62,017 nt of DNA from Opitutales bacterium. GTDB lineage: Bacteria > Verrucomicrobiota > Verrucomicrobiia > Opitutales > JABDGR01. Numbering within the stretch: the first letter of the stretch is position 1; the number at the start of each line of letters is the position of its first letter. This document shows, one piece after another, positions 36,224-48,200 of the stretch. The translations under genes were made by a program, and so were the position numbers. The notes under the pieces are model-generated. The model saw only the letters and a list, made by a program, of their open reading frames with translations, did not search any database and was not told the DNA's origin. The stretch covers positions 1-62,017 of the forward strand of contig DASZWY010000136.1 in NCBI GenBank assembly GCA_035546135.1, read 5' to 3'.

Positions 36224-36562
36224 ATGACACCGCCGGAAGTCATGAAAGCCATCCAGGACGCGACGGACAAGCTGTCGGCGAACATGACGCCAAACTACGA
36301 AATCGCGCTGCTGTTCATCCTGCTGTGCACCGTGGGCGCCGGCATCGTGGTGTTCCTCATCATGCAATACAACCGGCTGGCGGCCATCGCAAACAAGACG
36401 AACGAGCGGCTGCTGAGCCTGCATGAGGAAAACACCACCACGCTGATGAAAGTGGTGAGCGCGAACACCGTGGCCACCGAGGAAAACTCGCGCCTGATGG
36501 GCGCGGTCACCCGGCACCTCGAAGACACCCGCAGCGCGTACCTCAAAAGTTTCCACGGCTGA
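36224..36562 (+). CDS. single-pass membrane protein
   Basis: One TM segment (IALLFILLCTVGAGIVVFLIM) followed by a helical tail. 112 aa. Confidence 0.5.
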   Translation: MTPPEVMKAIQDATDKLSANMTPNYEIALLFILLCTVGAGIVVFLIMQYNRLAAIANKTNERLLSLHEENTTTLMKVVSANTVATEENSRLMGAVTRHLEDTRSAYLKSFHG

Positions 36563-36566
36563 ACCC

Positions 36567-38363
36567 ATGCGCCCGCACGCCACCTACCCGAACGAAGAAG
36601 GCCCGACGATCGACGGCGACGCGGGCTGGAGCGGCGTGGACCTGCGGCGCGACCCGGGCATCCTGCCGCAAGGGCTGGCGAGCGCCGCGCAAAATCTCGA
36701 GTTCCGCCAGGGCGGCGCGGAGACGCGGCCCAGCTTCGAGACGAAGGCGTGGGGGCAGGACTACGCGCTCGCCAACCTGGAAGACCCGGCGCTGGACTGC
36801 GACGACATTGACTTCGACTTGCCGTGGGGCTTTGGCGAGGTGCTGGGCGCGGAGGATTTCAGCAATCCGAACGGCCAGGACATGGTGCTGTTGGCGGTGA
36901 AAAACGGCGTCTGGAAAATCGTGCCGCACGCGCCACCCGACCTCATCAAAATTGAGGACGGCACAGGCATCCTGACCGGCCCGGTGGAATTCGTGCAATG
37001 CTTCGACCGCGTGGTGATGCTGCGCGGCGAGGGGCTGCCGGATTTGGTGTGGAACCCGGCCCTGGATTTCACCGCCGGCCTCGACGCGTTCCGGCCGGTC
37101 AGCCAGACGGACGCGCGCAATCCGGACCCGGCGAACACGTTTGGCGACGGCACGCAGCCCATTCCGCCCTCGACTTGCGGCGCACTGCTGGGCTCGCGCC
37201 TGTGGTTGGACTTTGCCGGGGACCAGCTCGGCGTGTCGGACATCCTGGACTACACGCGCTTCAGCGCGGCGGAAAGCCAGCTCAGGGCCAATGCCGGCAA
37301 GGCGGACAGCATCGTGGCGCTGCGGCCGCTGGCGGAACAGCAAATGGTGGTGTTCTGCGACGACTCGATTTTCCTGTTCCAGAACGCGGTGGGCGACCTG
37401 TCGACGCTGGTGCAGGCGGTGCTCACCCGGCAGCACGGCCTGGCCGCGCGGCACGCGGTGGCGCAATGGGGCAACGACCTCTGGTTTTTGGCCGGGCGCA
37501 GCCGCGGAGTGTATTCGCTGGGGGCGACGGCGCAGGGCCTGATTCAAGCCGGCGCGGACCCGGTGAGCGCGCCCATCGACCCGCTGCTGCAGCGCGTGAA
37601 CTGGGGCGCGATTGGCGGGGCGTGCGCGGAGTCGCACGACGGCCGCTTCTACCTGGCCGTGCCGCTGGACGGCGCGACGCACAACAACGCGCTGCTGGTT
37701 TACGACGGCCTCAACCAGGCGTGGGCGGGGCTGTGGAACGCGGACTTTCTCGACGTGTACCGGTTTGTGAAAGTGAAAGTCGGCGGCAGCTGGCGGCTGG
37801 CCTGGGTGACGGGCAACAGCAACGCCAACCGCCAATGGCACGGCGCGCTGGTGCACCTCGGCGACGACCTGCAGGATTGGGCGTTTGGCGCGGCGCAGCC
37901 GATTGTCAGCACGCTGACGACGCGCGGCTACGGCGGAGTGCTCAGCGGCAGCCCGGAATGGAAGCGCTTCCTGGCGGCGGACGTCGAGGTGGAGACTTTC
38001 TACCCGCGGCTGACGCTCACCCTGACGGCCAGCGGCCAGCGCGCGCAGACGCTGCTGGACGGCGCGACGCCGAACCGGACCGCCAGCGTGAAGTTTGCCG
38101 GCAAACCGGTGAGCCTCGACAACCACGACGGCCGGCTGGGCTGCGCCGACCGGGCAGACTACGCGGTGCTGACGGGCGACTTTCCGCTGACCTTCGGCGG
38201 CGGCGTGGCCCTCGGGCGCTTCCGCCGCCAAACCCTGCGGCGGCGCGTGCGGGCGCGGGGGCGCTACGCGCAGGTGGCGCTGACCTGCGACCGCGGCGCC
38301 ATGCGGGTGCGCGGCGCCAACCTGCAATTCATCATCACCGACCGGGAGGACGTCTCGCGATGA
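36567..38363 (+). CDS. large virion structural protein (tail tube/nozzle-like by size and position)
   Basis: 598-aa ORF in the tail region. No motif recognised. It contains a perfect palindrome copy. Confidence 0.5.
   Translation: MRPHATYPNEEGPTIDGDAGWSGVDLRRDPGILPQGLASAAQNLEFRQGGAETRPSFETKAWGQDYALANLEDPALDCDDIDFDLPWGFGEVLGAEDFSNPNGQDMVLLAVKNGVWKIVPHAPPDLIKIEDGTGILTGPVEFVQCFDRVVMLRGEGLPDLVWNPALDFTAGLDAFRPVSQTDARNPDPANTFGDGTQPIPPSTCGALLGSRLWLDFAGDQLGVSDILDYTRFSAAESQLRANAGKADSIVALRPLAEQQMVVFCDDSIFLFQNAVGDLSTLVQAVLTRQHGLAARHAVAQWGNDLWFLAGRSRGVYSLGATAQGLIQAGADPVSAPIDPLLQRVNWGAIGGACAESHDGRFYLAVPLDGATHNNALLVYDGLNQAWAGLWNADFLDVYRFVKVKVGGSWRLAWVTGNSNANRQWHGALVHLGDDLQDWAFGAAQPIVSTLTTRGYGGVLSGSPEWKRFLAADVEVETFYPRLTLTLTASGQRAQTLLDGATPNRTASVKFAGKPVSLDNHDGRLGCADRADYAVLTGDFPLTFGGGVALGRFRRQTLRRRVRARGRYAQVALTCDRGAMRVRGANLQFIITDREDVSR
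38093..38106. repeat. GTTTGCCGGCAAAC palindrome, perfect copy (KFAGKP)
   Basis: Read directly from the sequence. The frame was checked against the CDS. Confidence 0.95.
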
Positions 38364-38893
38364 GCTTTCTCGACACTCCGCGCGACCTGCCGCAATTAGG
38401 CGTGACCCGCGCCGACTTCTACCGGCAGATCGAAAACGCGACGCCGGGCGCGGACTTTGCCGGGCCGACCATCAAGGTCGCGGGCGGCGCGGTCAACATC
38501 GCGGACAGCGTGCCGCGCTGGATCAAGGTCACGAAGGGCTACGCCGATTTCGCGGCGGGGGCAACCACGAATGACATTGAAGTCCTGCTGCTGCCGCCCA
38601 ACGGCGTCATCCAAGCGGTCGCCTACCAGCATGGCGCGGCCTTTGGCGGCGGCGGCCTGAGCGCGCTGACGATTTCAGTCGGGGTAACGGGCAACGCGAC
38701 GAAATACGGCGCGGCCCGCGACGTGGTCGCCGCGCCGAACACGCTGAACACCCTGGGCGGCGGGGGCACCGAATCAAACGCGGCCTCCGCCAGCATCCGG
38801 GCGTTTGCGAGCGCCACCGGCGACAACCTCAACGCAGCCACCACCGGCAGCATCGACATCTGGATTTGCTACGCGGTGCTGCCCAGCAGCTAA
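38360..38893 (+). CDS. hypothetical structural protein
   Basis: ATGA-coupled to the upstream gene. 177 aa. Confidence 0.5.
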   Translation: MSFLDTPRDLPQLGVTRADFYRQIENATPGADFAGPTIKVAGGAVNIADSVPRWIKVTKGYADFAAGATTNDIEVLLLPPNGVIQAVAYQHGAAFGGGGLSALTISVGVTGNATKYGAARDVVAAPNTLNTLGGGGTESNAASASIRAFASATGDNLNAATTGSIDIWICYAVLPSS

Positions 38894-38895
38894 CC

Positions 38896-39753
38896 ATGAG
38901 CGGAGAACTCGACATCACGCCAGGCTTTCAGATTTCCGGCGACGGAAACACGCCGGTGACCGTGGGCATGCTGAACCAGCTGGTGCAGGGCATCCTGGCG
39001 CGCGTGGCCAAGGCGGCGATTACGGCCCGCGAACTGGCGGACGGCAGCATTTCCCTGGACAAGCTTTCCGCGGACATCAGCGCGCAACTGTCCGCCGGAC
39101 TGGCGGACGGTTCGGTCACGGCGAACAAGCTGGCGGTCAACGCGGTCGCGACGGCGAAGCTCCAGGACGGCGCGGTAACGCTGGCGAAGCTGGACAGCGG
39201 GCAAGGCTGGCTGCCGGCCATGTATGTCATTTATCCCGGCACGACGCTGGCCGGGTTTCTGCGGTGCGAAGGGCAGGCCGTCAGCCGGACGACGTATGCG
39301 GCGCTGTTCGCGGTGCTCGGCACGACGTTTGGCGCGGGCGACGGCACAACGACGTTCAATTTGCCGGACGCGCGGGGCGGCGTGCCATACATCGCCGGCG
39401 ACCCCGGTGTCACCGACGTGCTGGCAAAGACGCTCGGGCAGGTCCTGGGCCCCGACAAGCATACGCACGCGATGACCGGCAACGTCGGGGACACGGCGCT
39501 GACGCAGGCCCAACTGCCCGCGGTGCTGACGGGCCTCACGTTCAACTTCGACAACGGCTCCGGCAACGGGGGATTTGCCCCGGAGCGATTGCAGGTGGGG
39601 AACTCAGGCACGGTCTCCGCCTCGGGCACAGGAAGCCTCGCCAACCCCGGCGGCGGCCAGACGCACAACCACGGCCCGGGCACGCTCGCCTCGGACAAAC
39701 AAGCCCACACGCCGCGCGGCGTGGTGCTGGGCTACCTTTTCGTGAAAACATGA
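38896..39753 (+). CDS. tail fibre protein with tail-collar domain
   Basis: TYAALFAVLGTTFGAGDGTTTFNLPDARGGVP is the phage tail-collar (MdpB-like) motif. N-terminal repeats DGSISLDKLSA, DGSVTANKLAV and DGAVTLAKLDS. Confidence 0.75.
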   Translation: MSGELDITPGFQISGDGNTPVTVGMLNQLVQGILARVAKAAITARELADGSISLDKLSADISAQLSAGLADGSVTANKLAVNAVATAKLQDGAVTLAKLDSGQGWLPAMYVIYPGTTLAGFLRCEGQAVSRTTYAALFAVLGTTFGAGDGTTTFNLPDARGGVPYIAGDPGVTDVLAKTLGQVLGPDKHTHAMTGNVGDTALTQAQLPAVLTGLTFNFDNGSGNGGFAPERLQVGNSGTVSASGTGSLANPGGGQTHNHGPGTLASDKQAHTPRGVVLGYLFVKT

Positions 39754-40118
39754 CGCCCATCCAACAAGCCGTGAAAGCCTACGAAAGCCTCGGGCGCAAC
39801 TTTGCCGAGGACCATGGCGCGTATCTGGAATTCGGCTACGTCGTCAGCACGCCGAACTGGTTTGTGATGGCGCGGCCCGTCAACCTCGCGCAGCCGGCGA
39901 GATGGCTGACGGTGGACGACCTCAACTCCACGTTTCCCAACTGCCCGGAGGCGGAGGCGTGGTACGTGCAATTTGCCTGCGGCCGCGGCGCGTTGCGCCG
40001 GTTCATGCAGCACCTGCCCTTCTGGCTGCCGAAAATTTGCTGGAAGCGCAGTTTGAAAAAGCCGCACAGCCCGCTGCGCATCTACCGCCTCGACCGGCTG
40101 GCCGGCCTCATCTCCTAA
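39750..40118 (+). CDS. hypothetical protein (fibre-associated by position)
   Basis: ATGA-coupled to the fibre gene. 122 aa. Confidence 0.5.
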   Translation: MTPIQQAVKAYESLGRNFAEDHGAYLEFGYVVSTPNWFVMARPVNLAQPARWLTVDDLNSTFPNCPEAEAWYVQFACGRGALRRFMQHLPFWLPKICWKRSLKKPHSPLRIYRLDRLAGLIS

Positions 40119-40122
40119 TTTT

Positions 40123-41073
40123 ATGGCACCGGATCCTCCATCGCCGCCCCCGGCACCCAATATTGGCGCGGAAACGCGCGACACGCTACAGGCGCAAATC
40201 GACCTCGCGCCGCAGCAATACGCGGCCACGGCGACGTACCAGCCGCAATACACGCAGCTGCAAACGCAGGAACTGGAAAACGCCACGAACCAACTGCTGC
40301 CCTGGTACCAGCAGACGGTTTACCCGCAGGTGTCGAACCTGACGCAGACGGCCACGACAGCGCAGCGCCAAGCGGACATCAACGACGTGGCCAACCTGGG
40401 GCCGGAGGCGACCGCGGCTTACCAGGCGGCGAATCCCCAGCTGACGAAATCGCTGGACCAACTGACGGCCACGGCGACCAACACCGGCCCCGACCTGCTG
40501 ATGCAGCGGCTCAGCCAAAGCGCGAACGACAACCTGACCGCCAACGGCCAGCTGACGCCGAGCGACCAACGCATGGCGACGCAGCAGGCGCGCGCGGCCT
40601 TCGCGGCGCGCGGCACGGAAATGAGCAATCCGGCGGTGCTGGCCGAACTGGAAAATTCGACGAACCTGCAACAGCAGCGGCTCGCGCAAGCCACCCAAAC
40701 CGCGGCGGCCGTGGAATCGCTCGGACAGAACCAGACGAACGCCACGCGCAGCTTTCTCAGCAGCCTGCCGGCCATCTACGCCGGCGCGAGCCTCGACCCC
40801 TTTCAGGCGATTCTCGGCCGCAGCGTGGTCGCGCCGGGCGTGGCCAACTCGACGGTGGGAACCGCGGGCAGCGCGATTGCCGGCGCGGGACCGGCCCAGC
40901 AGTTCAATCCGTTCAACTCCTACGCCTCCGACCTGTACAACACGCAATACAACGCGCAGGCCGCCGCGAACATCGGGTCCGCCAACCAGAGCGCCGGGCT
41001 CTTTGGCTCGATTTTTGGCGGCCTCGGCGGCCTGGGCGGCGGCTTGCTCAGCAATCCTTATTTATTCATGTAG
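40123..41073 (+). CDS. Gln/Ala/Thr-rich virion protein, internal/ejection-protein candidate
   Basis: 316 aa. Low-complexity and helical, with a Gly-rich hydrophobic C-terminus (LFGSIFGGLGGLGGGLL). First of three terminal genes of increasing size. Confidence 0.45.
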   Translation: MAPDPPSPPPAPNIGAETRDTLQAQIDLAPQQYAATATYQPQYTQLQTQELENATNQLLPWYQQTVYPQVSNLTQTATTAQRQADINDVANLGPEATAAYQAANPQLTKSLDQLTATATNTGPDLLMQRLSQSANDNLTANGQLTPSDQRMATQQARAAFAARGTEMSNPAVLAELENSTNLQQQRLAQATQTAAAVESLGQNQTNATRSFLSSLPAIYAGASLDPFQAILGRSVVAPGVANSTVGTAGSAIAGAGPAQQFNPFNSYASDLYNTQYNAQAAANIGSANQSAGLFGSIFGGLGGLGGGLLSNPYLFM

Positions 41074-41075
41074 CC

Positions 41076-42275
41076 ATGCCCTACGCACCCGGAGTTTCCT
41101 ACGAAGGCGGCCAGCTCATCGGCCAAGGCATCCAGGCTTTCGGCCAGAGCCTCGGCGCCGGCATGCAGCAGGGCGAGGCCCTGGCCGAGCGGCTGAAGCA
41201 GTTCCAGCAACAGCAAAAGGAATACGACGACCAGCTCGGCGAGCGCACGGACAAGGCGCGCGCGTTCGCGACAGACTTCCTCGGCGTGCCGGACGGGCAG
41301 GCGGCGGCGATGAGCCTCGGCCAGCTCGAAGGATTGCACGACGCCTACGTGACCCAGGCCGCGCAAAAACTCCAGCAACAGCAAGGCGCGGAAGCGGACG
41401 CCAACACCGCGCTGCTGCAACAGCGGCTGAACCAAAACAACACGGACCAGCAGGCCGTCCAGGACGCCGCCGCCAGCTTTACCGGCGACGGGGACGCCTT
41501 CGTGCAGCGATTGTTGATGGCCGGCTACGACCCGGCCAAGGCGGCGCTGATGCAGGAGCATTTTGACCGGGCGGGCGACCACAATTTCAAGCCGAGCGCG
41601 GGCGCGGTGACGCTGCCGGACGGCTCCAGCGTGCCGTACGTGATGCAGAACCGCGGGCAGGCGCAATTCCTGCCGCCGAAGCCCGCAGCCGCGCAACTGC
41701 CGCCCATCGGCCACACCATCACCGCGGGCGACGGCACCAGCCTGGTGTTCGCGGGCCGCACCGACCCGAAGACGGGGCTGCCCACCTACGAAACCGTGCG
41801 GGAAAACGCGAAGCCGCTGGACCCGCAGGCCGCGCAAATGCTCGGCGGGCAGTACCAGGCGGCGCTGGCGGACGTGCAAAAACTCCAGCAGGCCGGGCCG
41901 CCGCAAAAGGGCATGTTGGGCAGCTGGACCGACGCGGGGCTGGAAAAGGCGACCACCGACTACAACCAAAAGCTGACGGCGGCGAAGTTCAAGGCCAACC
42001 AGCTCGCGGACAGCCTGCAATTCAAAGCGCCCTTTCCGGAGGCGCAACCCCCGACGGCCAAGGGCGGCAAAACGGCGGCGAGCCCGGGCGGTTTGCCGGC
42101 AAACCAAGGCGCGGCCGCGCCGGCCAAGCTCTACCAGGTCACGCCGCAGGGCGTGCAGTTCGCGCCCGGCACGAAGCCGGTGGACGCGCTTCAGCAAATG
42201 GTGGACGACGGCGTCATCTCGCAGGCCGCCGCGCTCCAGCAGCTCCAGCAAATGGGCTACAAGGTCAAGAAATAG
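41076..42275 (+). CDS. Gln/Ala-rich virion protein, internal/ejection-protein candidate
   Basis: 399 aa. It contains a perfect palindrome copy. Function is inferred from position only. Confidence 0.45.
   Translation: MPYAPGVSYEGGQLIGQGIQAFGQSLGAGMQQGEALAERLKQFQQQQKEYDDQLGERTDKARAFATDFLGVPDGQAAAMSLGQLEGLHDAYVTQAAQKLQQQQGAEADANTALLQQRLNQNNTDQQAVQDAAASFTGDGDAFVQRLLMAGYDPAKAALMQEHFDRAGDHNFKPSAGAVTLPDGSSVPYVMQNRGQAQFLPPKPAAAQLPPIGHTITAGDGTSLVFAGRTDPKTGLPTYETVRENAKPLDPQAAQMLGGQYQAALADVQKLQQAGPPQKGMLGSWTDAGLEKATTDYNQKLTAAKFKANQLADSLQFKAPFPEAQPPTAKGGKTAASPGGLPANQGAAAPAKLYQVTPQGVQFAPGTKPVDALQQMVDDGVISQAAALQQLQQMGYKVKK
42091..42104. repeat. GTTTGCCGGCAAAC palindrome, perfect copy (GLPAN)
   Basis: Read directly from the sequence. 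Confidence 0.95.
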
Positions 42276-42278
42276 CCG

Positions 42279-45200
42279 ATGCCCCAACTCGCGGACATGG
42301 TCGAAGCGCCGCCGCGCCTGGCCGACCAGGTGGAGGCGCCCCCATCGCTGGCCGAGGAAGTGACCGCGCCGGATCAACTGCCCGAAAACCCGCAACCGCG
42401 CGTGCTGGTGAAGGCGGCCTACAACGACCCGAACGCGGTGACAAGCTACCAGATGGACAGCGAAGACGTGCCGCACAGCGTGGACAACAGCACGCCGGCC
42501 ATCTACCGCCCGCTCTACGACCAGGCCACGGAGCAAATGCTGGCAGACTGGAAAGCGGGAAAAAAACCGATTGACTGGAGCAAGCTGGACGGCGCGGGCG
42601 TGCTGGGGATGGCGGGATTGCTGATGCAGGCCTACCCCGACGACGCGGCGAAAATCAGCGAGGAGGCGCGGCCCTATGCAAAAGCGATTCTGACCGCGCG
42701 CGGCTTTCCGGATGAGGACGCCAGCACGCTCGCCGGCACCACGCGGCGCTTTGAGGACTTTGCCGGGGCGGCGGGCGGCAGCGCGCTCACCGACCTGGCA
42801 CAAAAGGCCGACCAACTCGCCACCGGCGCGACGCCGCAGGAAGCGGACGAGGCAATGGCGAACGCGTCGATGCTCGCGCGGCAGAACCGCGCGCTGTCCG
42901 CGCTGCAAAACGACGGCGACACCAACTGGCTGAAAACCGCGGGCGTCCTTTTGAGCTGGGCGGCCGGCGCAAACGCCGTGGCGCGCGGGCAGCTGGGCCT
43001 CCGGACCATGGCCGCGCTCGATGCGAGCGGCGCGCCCGTGCTGACCGAAGCCGGCACACCGCTGATGGTGCGCGCGCCGTTTCAATACGCCGTGGATCCA
43101 CTGTCCCTCCAAGGCATCCTGCGCAATGCAGGATTTTCAGCGGCGTACGCGGGCGCGCAGGGGCCAGAATACGTGCCCTCGATGCTGGCGCAAACCTTTG
43201 GCCTGCCGCAGGACCGCGTGAAGTCGGCGTTGGAGGCGGGGGGCCTCGACCTCGTGTTTGGCACGATCCTGCGCGGGCTGCACGGCGGCAGCCAGCTCGA
43301 CCAATGGCGGAAGGCGCCGGCATTTTCCGACCTGGCGGACCTGAACGACAAAGATTTCCAAGCGGCGGCCACGAAACGGGTGCAGGGCGCGCTGGCGGAC
43401 GAACTGGAACGACGCGCCGCTGCGGCGCGACCACCCGGAGCAGCCCCAGCGGACGCTCCCAAGCTCGCCGACCTCGCCGAAGCGCCCGAGGAAGCCACCA
43501 CGCCCGCCGAAGCCCCCGCGCCGGCCGCGGGCGATGCCGAGGCGCAATTCCTCGCCAAGGCCGCGCCGCCGCCCACCGAACCGCCGCCGACCGGCGGCGA
43601 AGCGGACGTGAACCAGTTTTACGATCTGGAGTCCATCACCGACCCGGAAGGCTTCGCCAAGCGACAGGACGTGCAAAAATTGCTGGGCGACTACGGCCTG
43701 ACGGAAGACGAAGTCGCGCGCACCACGGCGGACCGGCGCGCCGAACTGCTGAAGCTGGCGCCGGACGAAGTGAAGCAGCTCTACGCCGCGCAGCGCGAAA
43801 CGGACGCCCAAGAGGCCCTCGCGCGCCAGGCGCGCAGCGACGCGGCCCGCGCCGAATGGGAGCAGCAACAAGCGGCGCAGGCGCAACTCCGCAAGACCGC
43901 CGGCCTCCGGGCGGCCGCCGAGGCCCGCGCGGCCCAAGCCGACGCCGCCGCCAGCCAGGCGGCAAAGGAGGAGGCCTGGCAGCAACAGCAAGACGCGCGC
44001 GCGCAGGCCAGCGAGCCGTTTCACGCAATCCCCGAAGAAGAAATCAGCGACCGGATGGAATACCTGCAGTCCACCGAGCCGGAACACCTGGACGACGCAG
44101 CGCTGCAATGGGGCGCGAACCACGGGCTGGATTGGGCGGCCCAGGCCTTGCGCGAGCGCACGCTGCAAGACCCGATTGTGCGCGCGCAGATGCAGCAGGA
44201 ACACGACGCGGCAGAGCAGGAAAGCGGGGCGGTAGACCTGCTGACCGCCTTGCGCCGCGCGGGCCGCAAACTGCCGAGCCCCCAGCTCGCGCGCGCCCAG
44301 GGCGACCCGATGGCGGGCGAATTGCAAGACCTTTCCGACAGCCTGACTTTCGGCCAGCGGCAGCAAATCTTCGACTACAACCGCTACACCGACCCGGACC
44401 GGGTGCGCGAATCGCTGACGGAAGAAGGCTTCCGCTATGAGACGCCGGCAGAACTGCTGGCCGACGCGATTGACAACGCGCGCGGCTTCGCCCGCACCCA
44501 GGCCGCGCCGATGCTGATGCGGGAGGCCGCGGCGCCCCTTGACGAAACGGCAGAACGTGGTAATATAGGCAGCGATGAACGGCCAACACAGCAAGAACTC
44601 GCCCTGGGCGCGCAGGCCGTCGAGACATTGGGCCACGGTGCGAATGGGCCAACGGAAACGCGGATTGTCCCTGCAACTGGACACGGAATCCACCTGTCTG
44701 AGGGTGAGCCGGCGCGGCCAGGTGCTCACCTTGGCGGGCCCGGCTGGCGCGACGCGCTGCCCTCGTCCATAAAGTGGAAGGGCTACGGACTGGCGCGGCG
44801 GCTGATTGGCGACGGCGTCATCACGTTTACCGGCGAACCAATTCACGGGTGGGACGACCTGGCCGCGCGCGCGCAGGTGTTGCGCAACCCGCTGTTCGAG
44901 ACCTTCTACGCGCTGTTTTTCAAGGACGATACCTTGGCGGGAGTCTATGCCGTATCGAGCCGCGAGCCGTCCATCACGCGCACGCTCGCCCCAGGCGACA
45001 CGCCGGCGACGCTGAAGGCGATGAAGGCCAAGCTGGGCGCAAACGGCTACGCGTTTTTGCACAACCACCCCACGGGCGACGTGCGGCCGAGCCCGACAGA
45101 TGTCGAAACGTCGGAATGGCTGGCGGAGGAAATGGGCGACGGCTACCGCGGCCACATCGTCATCAACCACACGAAATACGCCATCATTTTTCCGAAAGAG

Positions 45201-48200
45201 GACGCGGAAATCGCCATTGAAGTGCGGGCGCTGCCCGGCGCGCGCGGCCGCGACCCGCTGCGGCAGCCGGAAATCAAGCATCCGGCGCTCGGACAAGTGA
45301 TGGCGTTTCCCGACCAAATCGCGCAAGCCGGCAAAGCGATGGAAAGCGGCGGAGACACGGTGACGGCGTTCCTCTTGAACAAGCGCAAGGTCATCAACGC
45401 GGTGGTGCAACTCGCGGTGGACGACCTGACGCGGCCCGGCACTTTTATAGACCTCGGCATGGCGCTGCGCGAATCCGGCGCGCCCGGCGCGGCGCTTTAT
45501 TACGCCGGCCCGCGCGGCGCGGAAGTCAAGCAGGCGGCGCACGACCTGATGCAGCGCGGGTACGTGCACGATTATGCGATTAAAAATGCCGACGGCACGA
45601 TGGATTTTCCCGGCCACGAGGAGTCGCAAAAAGCGGAGGAACGGCGAAACCGGCAGGCGGCAGAAACCACGAGCCTGCGCGTGCAGGAGGACGAAGACCC
45701 CGGCCAATTGGGCGAGTACCAAGCCAACGCGCCGTACCGCGTGGAAGTCAGCGACCAGAAGTGGGCGCCGCTCGAGCTGGGCCACCTGGAGAAGGTGCGG
45801 CCCGTGGAAATGCCGGAGCTGGTGCAGATGATTCGCGCGCTCACCGGCGACTTGCCGGAGCTGCGAAAACTGCCAAAGGCCGATGGGCTGTTCCGCGTCA
45901 GCCCGGCCGGCACGGCGCGCGTGGTGTTGGATCCCCGCATCTTCACGAACGCGGTGGACGCAAGCCGCACCGCGGCCCACGAGCTGGGGCACCTGGTGGA
46001 CTGGTTTCCGTCCGAGGCCGACCAGGGCAAGGGCACCTTGAGCCGGGGCAACATCCTCGGGCACCTGGCCGCGTTGCGGGGATACCTCAAAAACACGCTG
46101 GAGGCGATGCCGAGCGATGAGGCCAAACGGCTAACGCCGGAAGACCGGAAGTTTTTGCGCAACGCCGCAATGAAGAAAGCCGGGCCGCGACCGCCGGGCC
46201 GCCAGCCAGAATTTCTAAAGAGCTGGCAGGACAGGGCCGCGGCGATTTACCGCAGTCTCCTCGAACAAGCCGCCGAAAAACGCGGGCTGCTGCAACGCGA
46301 GGCGGTGACGGAGGAGCTGAAAACCATCACGGAATGGTGGCGGCCCTTCGAGCCGGAGAACGTGCCGGCGTCCTACCTCAAATACCGCTACAGTGCGAAA
46401 GAACTCTACGCCGACGCGCTCTCCGTGCTGTTCAACAGCCCCCAAGACCTCGCGCAGAAAGCGCCGAAGTTCTGGAAATCGTTTTTTGCCTACCTCGACA
46501 AGCGGCCCCAGGCCAAGGCACAACTGTTCGAAACGTGGGAGCTGCTGAACCGCGGCCAGCGGGCCGTGCTGGCGGAGCGCGAACGGATGATCCGGGGCAT
46601 GTTTGCCAGCGGCGAAGAACTGTTCATGCGCAAGTTCGAGGAACGCCGACTGCGGCACAACTCGCTGGCGGGCTGGAAAAGCCGCCTGAAACAGGAATTT
46701 TGGGACCACTATGCGCCCGTGATTGACCGCGCGCGGCAAAAATACGGACACGAACTGGACCAAGTGGGCCAGCCGGCCAAGTTTTACGACGACCCGCGCT
46801 GGATATTTGACGCGCATCCCCTCGCCGCCGGCAACCGCGAGTACATCTTCAGCAGCCGGCTGTTCCACCGCATCGTGCGGCCGCTGGAACGCAGCGGCCT
46901 GACCACACAGCAGCTCGGCGAGTTCATGCTGCACAACCGCATCCTCAACGAAGCCTACGCAGACCAGGCGGGCAACGCCGGCGGCCGCGCGAACCTCGCC
47001 AATCCCCTCGGCCTGACGCCGCTGCAGGCGCGGCAGCACCTGCTGAAGCTGCGGCTCGATTTGGGGATGGAGAAGATGACGGCGCTCGAACGCGCCGCGC
47101 GCGATTTTCAAGACCTGACCTTTGCGGCGACGCGCGAAGCGGTGGACGTGGGCAGCTACCACCGCGAGACCTTCGCCAAAATCGTCGAGCCCAACCGGCG
47201 CAACTACGCCACCTTCGCGGTGCTCGACGGGCTGGAAAACAATCCGCACATCCCCGCCGGCATCCGCGCGCAAACCGGCACGCTGAAGGACATCGCCAAC
47301 CCCTTCACCGCGCAGGTGCTGAAAACCATCACGCTGCTGCGGCTGAACGAACTGCAGCGGGCGAAGAACGCGATGCTCGATGGTTTGGCGGCAAACTTTC
47401 CGGGCGACTTTGCCCGGGCGGAAGTGACGCGGGACGCCACCGGGCGCGCGACGCCGCGGCCGCCGCCGGACGGGCGCGAGCAGCTCATGCGGCTGGTGGA
47501 CGGCCAGCCGGAATACTGGAACACCGACCCCTACATCGCGCGCGCGTTCGAGCGGCTGGTGCCGGCGCAGGCCTCCGCCGCGCTCCAAGCGCTCAACCTG
47601 CCCTGGCAAAAAATCTTTTACCCGCTCGCCATCAAATACAATCCGGCGTTCATGCTGTGGACGGCGCTCTACCGGCATTACATCCAATCGGCGCGCAACC
47701 TCGGCGCGGTGACGCAGGGCCGGGCCGGATTCTGGAAGCTGGCGGGCGCCTACCTGCGCAACTACCAGGCGGCGGCGGCCTATGCGGACGGCAAGGCCCT
47801 GGAAACGGCGGGGGCCGGCATCGTCAACGACATGATGCACAACCAGGCCATCGGCACGCCGCTGGACACGCAGATTTACACCGACGCGCGCAACGACCAC
47901 CTGGAACAATTGCTGGAACGCGCACGCGTGCTGCCCGAGCGCAAGTCGCCGTGGCAGGAGCACAACCTGTTCCGCACGCTGACCTGGCTGCCCCGGCAAA
48001 TCGCGCGGCAGGGGTCCATCCTCGCCGTGCTGCCCAAAGTGGGCGCGTACGACGTTCTCACGAACGAGCTCGGCATGCCGCGCGGGCTGGCGGCAAACGT
48101 GGTGCGAAACTACATCGGCATCCCCAACACGCGGAAGAAAGGCACGTACACCAATATCGCGGCGGTCATCCAGCCGTTTCTCAATGTGGCAATGAAAGGC

